Source of the DNA: Candidatus Obscuribacteraceae bacterium
GTDB lineage: Bacteria > Cyanobacteriota > Vampirovibrionia > Obscuribacterales > Obscuribacteraceae
Reading direction: 5' to 3'
Assembly: GCA_044226015.1 (NCBI GenBank)
Contig: JBGAHS010000004.1
Location: forward strand, 448,001-512,000
DNA: 64,000 nt
In this document: positions 39,501 to 48,224 of the stretch, piece after piece
Layout: each line of letters opens with the position of its first letter
How positions within the stretch are numbered: the first letter of the stretch is position 1
Program-made: the position numbers and the translations under genes
Notes under the pieces: model-generated
What the model was told of the DNA's origin: nothing
Seen by the model: only the letters and a program-made list of their open reading frames with translations
The model's database searches: none

Positions 39501-42500
39501 TTGTTGCTGGCGAAGCCGCATTCGAGCTGAGCAGGTTGAAGGTTATCTGTGGTGCGCCGGGTCCGCTGACTTTCAAGAGTCCATTACTGGAGGTTCCGCT
39601 ATCAACCGAGATACTTGAGTTGAGAGACGAGTTTACTGTGATGTTCCCATTGTTGCCTGTTGCCTCGATGACACCGCTTGTTAGCTGGTCTCCTCCGTTG
39701 CTCAGGGTCGTAAGTCCACTTCCATTCCCATTCAGGGTAACGCTAGCTGCAGAAACGTAGTACTGATTGGACAGTCCAACAGCATTGATGAGCAAATCGC
39801 CGCCCACTGTCAAATTGCCTTTTGTTTCCAAAATACCCTGTAAATCAAGGGACAAATTGCCGGTAACCGTTGAAGCGTTTAGTTGAGTGGCACCGTCGGC
39901 GTTCGCCAGAGTGGCGTCGCCTCCGCTGTGCACAGCAACTATGGCAAGTTTGTCTGATGATGAGTAATTTAGATGAATATCGTTTGCTCCTGGAGCTGAG
40001 CTAGTTCCAAGGCTGGAGAAACTCATGTCCTTGGCAAATACTGTCGTGAGGCTGAGTGGGTCAAGCTGGTTGATGCCACCACTGCCGGTGATTGCAGAAT
40101 CGGCTGAGAGAACAACAGTGTTCGCCGTAAGTGTTGAGCTCGCACCAATCGTAATGGCGCCGTTTCCGTTGGAGTCAGCTTTTGTATTCAGTGTGAAGCT
40201 TGCGGCGCTGTTGGTTTGTGGAACTGGAACACCAAGATAATTGATGTCGGAATTTACTATAGAAGTCGGACCCACCGTGGCGATTTTAGCAGTTCCAAGT
40301 GTGTTCGCTGTGAGGTCTATGTTTCCTGTTTTGCTTTGCGCTGCTACGGATATGTTACCGTTCAGTCCGCCAGGCACATCGCCTATGCCTAACTGGAGGG
40401 TTGAAGTCGTTATTGGAAATTGAGTTAGAGGATCTTGCTGACTTACGGACGCCATTGCCTTTGTTGTAGAAAAAGCCACCAGACCCACTGTTCCGGCATC
40501 CACTTTCGAGCCCGCCAAGATCGTAATCGAACCAGCAATCGGAGCATCGGGGTCGGGAGCGCCACCGAAGAAAAGCCCTCCGAGTGGAGCGCTAGTGACA
40601 GTTATATTGAATGCTGGTGCGCTTACGTTGCCTAGCTGAACCGCTCCAGAACCTGAGATCGTCACGTCTACATCAGAACTCAAATTTAGTGTGACTGCAG
40701 ACGAGTCATTGACACCGGAAACAAATGGGATGCCCCCACCGAGTCCTGAACTCGGAGTAAATAGTGTTCGTTCCAAAGGAGTACTGCCGCCCGCAAGCTG
40801 GACGTTCAATAGAGGCGTATGAAAAGCCATATAGCTTGCAAGTTTACCTTCGACTACTGTTAAATCTGCTGAATTTGTGGCTGTCACTTGCAAGACAGTT
40901 GAGGGAGCGAAGGGGCTTCCTGTATCTCCCTCAAGACTTCCAGCATTTACTGTGACGTTTCCGCCAAAGGCTGAAGGAAGCGAGGGGGTGATGAATGGAA
41001 TCGCAAAAAGGAGTATCATCGAATCGGCGCTCAGGCTTATTTTGCCGTTGTTTCCAGGACCAAATGGTGAGGACGAACCATTTTGACCTGGACCTGAAAG
41101 TATTGGCACTCCAGTACCGCCCTGTCCGCCAGATCCGGTAGTGGCATCACCCCCAGCAGCTGCTGTGATACCGTCATGGGTGCCACCGATACCACCGCCG
41201 GTACTCGACCCGATTCCGCCGGCCGCGCCGGCCGTGTTGTCGCCACCGGCTGAACCACCGAGTCCATCGCTACTCAGGAGAAATCCCGGACCTGTAATTG
41301 TGAGATTCGAGCTACCAACGTACCCTGCGCCGCTTCCGCCCTGGCTCGGTGAGCCTTTAATGCCACCACCACCGCCGCCGCCACCTGAGTAGCCATTGAA
41401 TCCAGTAGATGTGAAAAATCCTGTTTTAAAAGTGCCGCCAGCAGCACCGCCACCGCCGCCGGTGCCGTTGCTCACTGTCAGGTTCACGGCGCTGCCAGCT
41501 CCACCACCACCACCACCATTGCCACCGAAGGCAGCACCGCCACCCCCACCCGATCCACTTCCAAGCACGAATCCCATGCCACCGTCGCCTCCGGCTCCGC
41601 CGTCCATAGCGAAGAGATCAGCATTCAAACTTAAAAAGCCAATCGATGTTTCTCCAGTCATTGGGTAGTTAGTGACTGTTCCATTTGCGTTTATGGTTAT
41701 GCTTCCAGCTTTTCCACCGGCTCCACCCACTCCGCCGGAGCCGAAACCACCACCGCCGCCGCCACCACCACCGCCTGATGAGGATATTGCCAGGGAATTA
41801 GTGGCGAATCCGGAGAACGATCCAATCGCTAATCCGGCAGCATCTATAGTTATGTTGCCGCCATTTCCACCCTTGCCACCATCAAATCCTACGTTGGTAG
41901 AGCCGTAGCCGCCACCGCCTCCACCGCCCGTTGCGAGAATGGTTCCGTTGATTTGAATGAAATTCGCTTGTATGGAGATATTTCCAGCGTTGCCACCATC
42001 TTCGCCATTGGCGCTAGTCGGGCTCATTCCAGCTCTTCCAGAACTCGTCAGGAAACTAAGGGAGATCTTCGATTGGTCGATTGCTTTTCCCGAATTTGTG
42101 ATGGTGCCAATTACTTTTCCTGAACTATCTACACTGAGCAAGCCTGCTGCAGGTGCCTGTGCAAAAATTTGGATATTCCCTGCAACTGCCCCACCAGTGG
42201 ACATATTTGGCAACACAAGCGTCAAGTCATCTGTGGTTGAGTTAGTGAATGTTGTGGTTTTGTGATCTCCCAAAATAAGTATGTTACCGCTTTTAAGATC
42301 ACCAGTCGTATATAAAATTGAAAATAGTGAAAGGGAGTTACCAAAGCTTACGATGCCGCCTGCACCTGTTGAGCTATTGCTCATGGCGACCTGCGTGAAG
42401 TTTCCGCCTCTCGTATTTATCACGCCGTAGCTAGGCGCACTACCAGGACTGAGGATGCTACCGCCAAGTGAGCTCGCCGAACTCAAATCGATTGTAGTGA

Positions 42501-45500
42501 GTCCTTTCGAGATGCTGACGTTGGCCCCCGCAATCATTGTAAAGTCCGTGCTTTGACCTTCGCTGTAAATCGCTGAGTAGCTGATGTCACCCGCAGAAAT
42601 GAGTGTGAGATTCTTGCCCGTTGAATTGAGGCTGATCCCCGTATAACTGCCCGTTCCTGAGTCGTAGAGTTTTCCGAGCGTAATTCCTGTCGAGCCTTTT
42701 GAACTGCTTGTACTTAATAGAAAAATATTGTTGCCGTATACAGATGCTGCACCAAGATTGCCTAAGTTCTCTGCAGCACTACCTATAGATAATGAGCCAC
42801 CAGTAACGACGATGTCACCGCCGCTAGCTGCAGAAATTTGCACGTTTTGTCCGTTTACTGGTGAAGAGCCGCCACCGCCACTGCTGCCGCCTGCACCTCC
42901 TACTGAGCTGGATGATAAGCCACCCAACCCTGCTAGTGGAATTGCGAAAAACACTCCACCCAGTCCGGGTTGCAGTGTTGAACCGCTATAATTGCCACCG
43001 TCTCCTCCTGCTTGAAGCCCGGGAATACCAAATCCTATGCCTGTTCCTCCATCGCCACCATCGGCGCCCACTGTCGGGTCAGAACTTACTCCGCCCTTGC
43101 CTGGTCCGAATGCGCCACCACCACCGCCACCATTATTGATGACACCGACTCCTGAGCCACCTGCTCCGCCACCGCCTGCTGCGACGAATGCATCGGGACC
43201 TGTGAGAACTGTGTAGCCCGCACCGCCGCCGCCGCCAGTGCCTGCGACCAGGGCACCTGTGCCACCGCCAGCGCCACCTCCACCGCCGAAGCTACCGCCG
43301 CCACCGCCTCCTCCTGCTACTCCTGTACCTGCCGTACCGCCGGAGCCGCCATTACCTCCAGCTGCCGCGTAGAGCGAGCCTCCGATGAACACGTCGCCTG
43401 TCTGACTCTGGACTGTGATGCTCCCAGCACCACCACCCAGCCCTCCAGGTGCACCGTCGCCTGTAGTGCCTGCTGCGCCACCGCCGCCACCACCTCCTCC
43501 CGAGGTGTTGATGTCGCCTGATACATTTATAGATCCTCCAGCGTTCACGCTGATACTCGAACCTACTCCTCCCTGTCCACCTTTAAAGACTTGTTTGGCG
43601 ACTGTTGTTCCTGCACCACCAGAGCCGCCACCACCGAAGGCTAATAAGCTGCCGTTAACGGTGACGTTTTTGCTGGCTGAAATTGTAATCGGTGCTGCAT
43701 CGCCGCCTGTAGCGCCCGCGCCGCTAGTCGCTGCTGCACCAGCACCTGACGTTGTGATAGTACCCAATACGATGCTCTGGTTACCGACATTAGAACCAGA
43801 TGGTGTTATCGAGCCAGTGATGTTCCCAGTCGCGTCAAAGCTCAATGCCGCCGCTGCTGGTGCCTGGGTGAAAATATCAACCGAGCCTCCAATTCCTGCC
43901 GATGCCGTTGAGATTTTGCCCAGCGATATTGAAGTTCCGCCACTTGTCGAATTAGCCAGAACCAGAACGGATGAACTAATGCTGCCAGGACTGCTCGCAT
44001 CAATGGATGTTGAAGATGTGGGGAAAAGAACCTGACCACCTTTTGAACCATTGCTTAATGCAACTAGTGTTACCTTGCCAGAGAAATTAGTGGGCGAGCT
44101 TGTGTCAATAACGGTACTTGCTGTGCTTGTTGTGAAGTCTATATTTCCACCGCTTGTACTTGAGACAGATACATCATTTATTGTGATTGAACCATTGGCT
44201 GCGGTTGGGAACTGGTTTGTTCCTGAGTAAGAGGAAATTTTCGCACCTGCTATGAGCACAACACTGCCGCCATGGTTGACAATTTGTGCTGTGCTGTCGC
44301 CTGTTATATTTCCGCTAGCGATAATCGCGAGCGGTTCATTGGTCGCAGTAACATCCATCACACCGCTGATACTGATACTACCCGCGGTGTTAACATAGAG
44401 GGGGTCACCTTTGATCGAATTGTTTCCCAGGTGCAGCAATGGTGTGCTTGCAATGAAGTGGGCAGCATTTCCGCTAGTATTGAGGCATCCAGTCAATTCG
44501 CCAACGGTACCGGTAATCGCTCCGGTGCCTGCAAAAATGTTCAGGGTTTTTGACAGGTAGTCTCCGCCGGTCATGTTGATGTTCGTCGCTGCTTTGTAAG
44601 CAGCATCTCTTATATTGATGTCCCCCATTAGCGCTTTGAATGTTCCTGCTGTCGCCAAAATATTCAAATCGGTCAATGTGTTGGCACTGGCAATGTTTAT
44701 ATTGCCTGCTAATGCCTGTGCAAGCCCGGCGTTGACTATGTAACCGTTGCCAGCGCTCATTGAGAGATCCGTCGCCGCCGACATCACTGGCTGCTGCCCG
44801 CCGCCAGAGCTGAGATTGGAGATGGCACCGTAGGTAGTGCTCAAGTTTAGCGAGCCGCTACTCGAAATGGTTCCATAATTAGTTATATTGTTGAGTGCGT
44901 GTAGTGCAAGATTTATTGAATTAGCATAGCCCATAGAGGAAAATGCCCCAGCAGAGAAGTCGCTGCTGATCAATCCTGTGGGTAGGTTGTTGATCTCGCT
45001 TGCGCTCAATCTGGCAGAGTTGCCAGCGATGCTTTGTGGTGCAACGTAAATGGAGCCATAGTTGATGATGTCTGTTGCTCTGAAAGGATTGTGATTTGTA
45101 CTCACGCTCAAAGCGGAGACGTTCTGTGGAATGACAATTTCGTTAACTCGAGGACTTATCACGGAGTTCAAAGAAAAAGTACCGCCAGTAGCGGTACCAG
45201 TCTGTGTTAAGTTCAATGTCTGAGCTGTTCCTGTTAAGACCTGTTTTGCCGCGACAAAAATACCCGCGGTCACCAGTTGCCCGGGCACGAAAGTTTGGGG
45301 ATTGCCGCCCACGTTTAGAGTTACCGACGCCGCAGTACCGAACAATTGACTGCTCAACACAACATTCGTTGCGACCGACCCAAGGTCGAGGCTTCTTCCA
45401 GCGTTCAGCCCCGCTATCGAACCTATGTTCAATGCTGGTGAACTGTTGCTCTGACTGTTTCCTGCGACATTCACTGAGCCCTGGAAATGCAGTGGAGTCG

Positions 45501-45699
45501 CTGTTGTCTGCAAGTAGGCGCGTTGCCCAGTAGCTTGGGCACCTGGTCTTGCTGATGTAGCATCCTGGGCTAGTGCAGGCGCTGCCATTGGGGCAAGCAT
45601 GAAGAGGGTAGGAAGCGCAGCCTTTCTCTGCCATCCTCCAGAATTAGCCGAAAAGGATTTAGTAGCAGTAGCTCTCTGCTTCGACTTCTTGTTCTTCAT
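30553..45699 (-). CDS. Giant (~5050 aa) Gly/Ser/Thr-rich filamentous-haemagglutinin-like / beta-helical surface protein
   Basis: Uninterrupted 15-kb ORF; ATG at 45699 after AAAGGT; extended signal peptide ending 'APALA|QD'; 'GNITL/GSVSL' beta-strand repeats, two PGRS-like Gly blocks, distinct C-terminal globular domain. Confidence 0.85.
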   Translation of the reverse strand: MKNKKSKQRATATKSFSANSGGWQRKAALPTLFMLAPMAAPALAQDATSARPGAQATGQRAYLQTTATPLHFQGSVNVAGNSQSNSSPALNIGSIAGLNAGRSLDLGSVATNVVLSSQLFGTAASVTLNVGGNPQTFVPGQLVTAGIFVAAKQVLTGTAQTLNLTQTGTATGGTFSLNSVISPRVNEIVIPQNVSALSVSTNHNPFRATDIINYGSIYVAPQSIAGNSARLSASEINNLPTGLISSDFSAGAFSSMGYANSINLALHALNNITNYGTISSSGSLNLSTTYGAISNLSSGGGQQPVMSAATDLSMSAGNGYIVNAGLAQALAGNINIASANTLTDLNILATAGTFKALMGDINIRDAAYKAATNINMTGGDYLSKTLNIFAGTGAITGTVGELTGCLNTSGNAAHFIASTPLLHLGNNSIKGDPLYVNTAGSISISGVMDVTATNEPLAIIASGNITGDSTAQIVNHGGSVVLIAGAKISSYSGTNQFPTAANGSITINDVSVSSTSGGNIDFTTSTASTVIDTSSPTNFSGKVTLVALSNGSKGGQVLFPTSSTSIDASSPGSISSSVLVLANSTSGGTSISLGKISTASAGIGGSVDIFTQAPAAAALSFDATGNITGSITPSGSNVGNQSIVLGTITTSGAGAAATSGAGATGGDAAPITISASKNVTVNGSLLAFGGGGSGGAGTTVAKQVFKGGQGGVGSSISVNAGGSINVSGDINTSGGGGGGGGAAGTTGDGAPGGLGGGAGSITVQSQTGDVFIGGSLYAAAGGNGGSGGTAGTGVAGGGGGGGSFGGGGGAGGGTGALVAGTGGGGGAGYTVLTGPDAFVAAGGGGAGGSGVGVINNGGGGGGAFGPGKGGVSSDPTVGADGGDGGTGIGFGIPGLQAGGDGGNYSGSTLQPGLGGVFFAIPLAGLGGLSSSSVGGAGGSSGGGGSSPVNGQNVQISAASGGDIVVTGGSLSIGSAAENLGNLGAASVYGNNIFLLSTSSSKGSTGITLGKLYDSGTGSYTGISLNSTGKNLTLISAGDISYSAIYSEGQSTDFTMIAGANVSISKGLTTIDLSSASSLGGSILSPGSAPSYGVINTRGGNFTQVAMSNSSTGAGGIVSFGNSLSLFSILYTTGDLKSGNILILGDHKTTTFTNSTTDDLTLVLPNMSTGGAVAGNIQIFAQAPAAGLLSVDSSGKVIGTITNSGKAIDQSKISLSFLTSSGRAGMSPTSANGEDGGNAGNISIQANFIQINGTILATGGGGGGGYGSTNVGFDGGKGGNGGNITIDAAGLAIGSFSGFATNSLAISSSGGGGGGGGGGFGSGGVGGAGGKAGSITINANGTVTNYPMTGETSIGFLSLNADLFAMDGGAGGDGGMGFVLGSGSGGGGGAAFGGNGGGGGGAGSAVNLTVSNGTGGGGGAAGGTFKTGFFTSTGFNGYSGGGGGGGGIKGSPSQGGSGAGYVGSSNLTITGPGFLLSSDGLGGSAGGDNTAGAAGGIGSSTGGGIGGTHDGITAAAGGDATTGSGGQGGTGVPILSGPGQNGSSSPFGPGNNGKISLSADSMILLFAIPFITPSLPSAFGGNVTVNAGSLEGDTGSPFAPSTVLQVTATNSADLTVVEGKLASYMAFHTPLLNVQLAGGSTPLERTLFTPSSGLGGGIPFVSGVNDSSAVTLNLSSDVDVTISGSGAVQLGNVSAPAFNITVTSAPLGGLFFGGAPDPDAPIAGSITILAGSKVDAGTVGLVAFSTTKAMASVSQQDPLTQFPITTSTLQLGIGDVPGGLNGNISVAAQSKTGNIDLTANTLGTAKIATVGPTSIVNSDINYLGVPVPQTNSAASFTLNTKADSNGNGAITIGASSTLTANTVVLSADSAITGSGGINQLDPLSLTTVFAKDMSFSSLGTSSAPGANDIHLNYSSSDKLAIVAVHSGGDATLANADGATQLNASTVTGNLSLDLQGILETKGNLTVGGDLLINAVGLSNQYYVSAASVTLNGNGSGLTTLSNGGDQLTSGVIEATGNNGNITVNSSLNSSISVDSGTSSNGLLKVSGPGAPQITFNLLSSNAASPATILFAGNQNFDGSTILKAAGANQAVVVDDKVLAKGNALVWIQSTKYIQVGSGQIIGNPLIFGSPGSAGTIANSGGNVTLPSNLTFAGSNLAILASGSINGTGLTSINLSGAFAGNLTMIAGYNFTPATSGQVGPVATNFTISGPSTGGSINLANVSINLSSLPQPSGSSAGNLIAIAHGGNITLGSIDASANGTNGIAGAVTIIGQNGVTVGSVKTTGTYAGAVSLSAADSQTLGTTVIGGGKILTGGFGAISGTFNNNIALNGNISAGASSVTVTTGNTGAITSSPGVVITASEVTLSSGTGGIGTAGTPISSNAALISANSTGDVYLATSTKTVSLGASSGNIFQLTSTSLGSTVTLAGALAANDVTFKSTSNGSFVLAAAIAGLNGGDSQKVVINANGTGSLTDLFQGAPTISATALQLSSGTGSFGTKANPLQINASTLKASTGNLTVGGGVYINDLNSGPVTINGLSSGINNSSIVYKGQASTLTISGQIAGNAISIDNDGAVDVTNKISGNGAVSVQAAGKLSTSSSIDGQTISLVTAAGSAGSLSIGGPLTSVGDIIVNSDGNISTTSTVTGSNITMTNTGSNGFVSIGGTITGTGLVSVMAKGNISSISSINGNGISLQTSAGSSGSVDLGGTLNSTAAINILSDSSISTSGSIVGTAITIANTGTSGTSKIGGPITGSGAVNITSKGALTTASTINGATVTLSTSPGSSGSIQIDGTVSGSADVTISSDNSIVTSGSIQSSAGNILLQNLGSSGSLTLGGPLSASKGSITAAGKGSLSSSSNVSGSSISISTATGSSGSVTLAGTLSSSGTVSIQSDNGITTTGSIKGVDINLKNSGNSGGAVLAGPIVGTGIVSVDAKGNILVTSDLSGSALSLTTQAGSSGSINLGGTTKSSTGITLVADNNISTTGTLDAGGQISVNTSGSITIGGTVNASGSVTASSKGTLKVNNPVSSSDTVNLSAQGNIDVSASVSGLNVLLTTVPGSNGNIIISANVSATDSNTANTGVSVIADGVGSITQTTGVISTAGSAISVQSNSGVIGTTTNPITLLSPTISANTSGNVFVLALSGLTVLNSSTGNNFNLTTTGDLSIPGFSGISANYVNLATLNDGDIIINGSINGTGGPTTNALAVSLNLSGKGTAQGFGSILANDLTLTAVSGDFGDSIFPLNTNAQTIKANTQGSIAINDTGAGTTTLLASTGNNLVLDASKIVIGAASNFAGTAVFNTSDFTNPAGTTFTAANIEINGLSFSPLTIKNGGTLVSTAADGHIAIASSNDQSLFIGNAGGPTPGAMQVTGGGLAEITLSAVGTSAASNNDIIFTGNQNFFGNTVMDASTGLGQVVQVNSGVTIQGFQAVTVLSNDLILNGVLIGNPLIFNSPSGAGTIANSQGDVLLSSDLIFQGQSLAIIASNNVLVTNPLGILIDLSNSSSSVNLGKGGTLSVLAGFNFSPATGGQVGPSGAVYAIANNPNAAGGSISLGSATIKTGTSVDGANSGSVLAAAHAGSQNNGSVTLGSIDTSNTGIGGAAGSVTVVAQGGATLGAITTTGSTDGSISVSAATPEIIGTISDQNGNFTGGGFVQPTPTTFSGNIVLSGISAGSASVTATTGAAGNITINDKSNISAGPVALTSGASGGLAIGKSVSLKSSTLTISAGSLGVAQGDNNSILDAPVLVVNTAGGDIGSKSQPLNITATTLTASAANNASVYLYDSANTDINLVNSGVLSNSSGNVFSLVALNPSGTNTKSGGGAQINAPHIVVESLNGNLDVAVNSAIANSIDFKALNGNIALSNSSISVVPDSSGNGGSISLNSATLTYTGSGLSALVLSANATGTGNGGKVSFVTSGTATFSIGKLAGNIIINATGGSVGSNAGNGGTAVVSTGGSLNFDPTQLNIVPSGNNGDGGKLSLNAGTVLSNAILNINTSSITENGVGIGNGGSVEITAPNVTYQNSGTLPLTLTANGGNSGNGGLISYITTSTSPLTVGSGSNSLNIAASSGTTGGNGGTVTVSTGGALTVAPENISAGPLGTSGAGATINLLAGNLLANSPLIVTGNLSAAAKGSAVGGTINLQSNSTTPFVILQATLPANNGTYGVLSVAGNAGNGSITVKNLSGGVTLSTTVRGPANNPALNAVSNLTFEAGAGDIIINSSIGKTGTTSVSLKAQGNITKSNAALLSSNKLTLEATTGSIGTTTTAFKTTANNLAVIAGQVANISNTSTALTLGASKASSASTFTLVNTGSITSTGDITAGSVKLTSGSNANIAIGGNITAQAATGSVSLTAGGKGSIFNQFASGLDRITGSSIVLKSTSGSIGLVGTSPVALRVTSGSITPTTSGSVNIDNASTAPLTIAGSASKSEVRLVTQGSLTISKPITAAKAISLATGNNGTIAINANLGGTNTTVVTVNAGGSGNISTAKSSVIISGKQSITLTSGSGNIGAGTTVTTAISTKTPLLSANTSGTGVVNLSDSIAGTLASSGSGGSFTLTGNNSLTIGKLSTVSGDISIVAKAGTLQTSPGSTITANNGALTLNNTNTAGKIIIGSNSTVQTLGVGGKDVKIVVGPIPTTPTTSATPTNVVTSTAGGGNIFFGTNGITGPTSTPVANVNAIGKNVIFSTNKAKASAITLNSGAIVTADPPVVGDVLISSGKIQTEAVTENGLNFDGSAIGTANGFTETSTTNGSLNTTVHASSSSNVKNVASYAIAMPSFYSAQVVHANIAAFDQNNASAAQNFVKAHNGMNSSNVPTARAHQNLQNTKSQETATDIIADFLTEFESDTAGFNNEQSASVARDLNSSAKFLTGGVSKVTIPNTFHMNGNSILFAPKQDLVVKTQVGNVKVDAGSVVLVMEHANGLTVFNFDDAHRGAVEITVNGKRIAIAPGRHCTIAFRDNFSEINPAQTIPHRNLVSSRTGDGRVMFESEFSLPAAFDRVEPISSLMASQKPHAKKLVSHMLKTAAVISQLNRSGVSYRQYTKPSLTAFAGN

Positions 45700-46112
45700 T
45701 TTCTTACCTTTCAAAACCACGAAACTCGCCAGGGTTAAAAACATAAGTCACACCAATGGGCAGACCATTGGCAGCTTATAGAATCCGACCCTGACTCCAT
45801 AGTCGACAGTGTAAATACTTTCAGAGATGTTGTCTATAAGTCGCGCTGGGGGTTTTCCCGTAAACAATATCCAACAGAGCTGGTTTTCAAGATGTGTTCA
45901 CCCTTTCATTGAATGTCGAGCTAGTTTAAATTTTTGTGACTGTTGGCTGCTTTACATTATTTAGTCAGCTTCTACGACTTCCATAGATACGGACTGTCTA
46001 GTCTTTCAGTCCACGTCAATGGTCCAGGAGTGAAAATGAACAAGTCAAAAATGTTGCATTCGGCAGTTCAGAGTGACCAAAACAGAACCCAGGCAAAGTT
46101 CAGAATCGATCC

Positions 46113-46721
46113 TCAACCACAATAGAGCTTCTCAGCAAGAATGATCTCATTCACCGCAGGTGATACCATGTACATAATTGTTTTGCCCGACTTTCTGCGC
46201 TCTCTGATAGTGGTGCTTGATACGGGGACTCTTGGAAAATCGATGAGATCGAATTCAGTTCCTTCAGGAACTTCTTTGATGACTTCGTCTCTGCTGACAG
46301 TAGAATGTCTGGTCGCAATCAAGAAACGACATATCTCAAAGAGTTCATTGGAATCGTGCCACTCTTTGAGGTGTGGTAGGTTGTCCTGACCTACCAGGAA
46401 ATTCAATCTGAGTTCAGCTCCCGAGGTCTTATTTTGTTCAAGATCTCTGATCTGTTTTAGAGTGTCTACTGTGTACGAGGGTCCACTTCTGTCGAGTTCA
46501 ATTCTCGATGCTTCAAAGTGAGGATTAGTTTTGCACGCTGCCACTACGAGCCGATGTCTTATCTCAGCGTCTAACAATTTATCGTTGCGGTGAGGTGGAT
46601 TCGGGCTGGTGACAACGAATACTTTGCTCAACTTGAACTGATCTCTGGCGAACTCAGCAAGCATTAAATGACCCCAATGGATAGGGTTGAATGTTCCACA
46701 AAAAACGCCAATTTCTATCAA
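46113..46721 (-). CDS. nadD: Nicotinate-nucleotide adenylyltransferase
   Basis: 'GTFNPIHWGH', 'PPHR', 'GPSYTVDTL', 'VGQDN', 'VSSTTIR'. Confidence 0.93.
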   Translation of the reverse strand: MIEIGVFCGTFNPIHWGHLMLAEFARDQFKLSKVFVVTSPNPPHRNDKLLDAEIRHRLVVAACKTNPHFEASRIELDRSGPSYTVDTLKQIRDLEQNKTSGAELRLNFLVGQDNLPHLKEWHDSNELFEICRFLIATRHSTVSRDEVIKEVPEGTEFDLIDFPRVPVSSTTIRERRKSGKTIMYMVSPAVNEIILAEKLYCG

Positions 46722-46807
46722 AGTTTCCTCAGCCTTTTGTCTCTATTGCGCCATCAAATATAGTGGCAATATCACCGCTAGTATTCGCGTTTAAAAGATC
46801 GCGGTTG

Positions 46808-48025
46808 TTATTCATCTATTTGTTCGGCATCACCTACGGTGCCCTTATTGCTTGTCTCGCCAGTCGTGAATTTCACAGGGCGCGTATACATTCTGGGCAT
46901 TCTAGCTCGTAATCGGCAAGCCAGTTCGTAGGTGATTGTATCAAGCAGGTTTGCCCAGCTAGCAAGATGAAGTTGAGGACTGCCAACTTCATTTGATTCT
47001 GAGCCAATCAATGTCAATACGTCCCCCTCTTGAGCTTCAGGCACATCTGTAACGTCAAATAGCATTTGGTCCATGCTTATTAACCCTACCTGATTCACTA
47101 ATTTGCCCATAAGTAGAGCCTGTAGCTTATTCGACAAACCGCGGTCTATGCCGTCTGCGTAACCGATCGGAATGGAAGCGATTTTGCTTTTGCGCTTTGC
47201 TATCCACGTCAAGTTGTAACCAACAGACTCTCCAGCTTCAATTTCCTGAACCTGGTTGATCCGCCCGCGCACTGACATCACCGGCTCCACAACATCAGAA
47301 ACGACTCTGGGCTCGAGACCATACAAATATAGTCCGACTCTTACCATGTCGAAGTGAGTTTGAGGAAATCGCCGCGCGGCGTCCCCTGATGCTGTATGCA
47401 GAATACGAGGCGTCAGCCCTTCTGACTTTAGACTCTTCACAGCTTCCTCAAAAATTCCATTCTGATATATGGTGAAACTTTCCTCGTCGGCTTTCGCAAA
47501 ATGTGAGAATGCGCCTTCGAGATCCACAAGTTCTTCGTGCTTCTTTATTGTTGAAGCTAGCTCAGGGATTTTTTCCGGGGCTATTCCAAGGCGATGCATG
47601 CCTGTGTCTATCTTTAAATGGAGTCGAGCCCGTCGATTTTGGCGTTGGCATATTGAGGCGATATCGTCTATCTGTGATGAATTTGTTACCGTCAAAGTTA
47701 AATTCGCCTCGAGGGCAGAGGCAATTGCCCAGGCTGGACACGGCGAGAGCAATAATATAGGTAGATTAAACCCCAAATCCCTTAGCTGGCGCCCCTCATC
47801 GACGGAGGCGACACCCAGCCAATCCGCGCCGCACGCTACCAGCACGTCGGCCACACCCGCTGCACCATGCCCATAAGCATCACTCTTAACAACTGCCATC
47901 AAGAGGCTGTTATGCTTCAACCATGAACGGATTACAGCAATGTTACGCTCGATTGCGTTGAGATCTACTTCCAGCCAGGCATCCCGTCTGAGCGAGGAAA
48001 TCAGGGGTTGTCGATGCGAAAGCAT
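46808..48025 (-). CDS. alr: Alanine racemase
   Basis: 'AVVKSDAYGHG', 'HLKIDTGMHRLG', 'VGYN', 'IGYADG', 'SMDQ', 'TITYEL'. Confidence 0.96.
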   Translation of the reverse strand: MLSHRQPLISSLRRDAWLEVDLNAIERNIAVIRSWLKHNSLLMAVVKSDAYGHGAAGVADVLVACGADWLGVASVDEGRQLRDLGFNLPILLLSPCPAWAIASALEANLTLTVTNSSQIDDIASICQRQNRRARLHLKIDTGMHRLGIAPEKIPELASTIKKHEELVDLEGAFSHFAKADEESFTIYQNGIFEEAVKSLKSEGLTPRILHTASGDAARRFPQTHFDMVRVGLYLYGLEPRVVSDVVEPVMSVRGRINQVQEIEAGESVGYNLTWIAKRKSKIASIPIGYADGIDRGLSNKLQALLMGKLVNQVGLISMDQMLFDVTDVPEAQEGDVLTLIGSESNEVGSPQLHLASWANLLDTITYELACRLRARMPRMYTRPVKFTTGETSNKGTVGDAEQIDE

Positions 48026-48224
48026 TAGTAAACTCTCTGGTTGAAAAGCTTTGTCTCACCGAAGTTTATGCTAGCATAAGGCTTCGTGATCACACTTGAT
48101 AGCCAATGTGGTTTATCTTCAAAAAAGATTCGCTACACCGGGTTATCGGCTCTTGAAAAAGAACGATAGTGAGATCAATTTTGTAGGTATCCCGTAAACT
48201 GGGTTAGATGTGGGGTTAACTGCC

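Noticed and set aside
30796..45781. Dozens of plus-strand Pro/Val/Leu-rich ORFs
   Set aside because: Antisense shadows of the Gly/Ser/Thr-biased giant gene.
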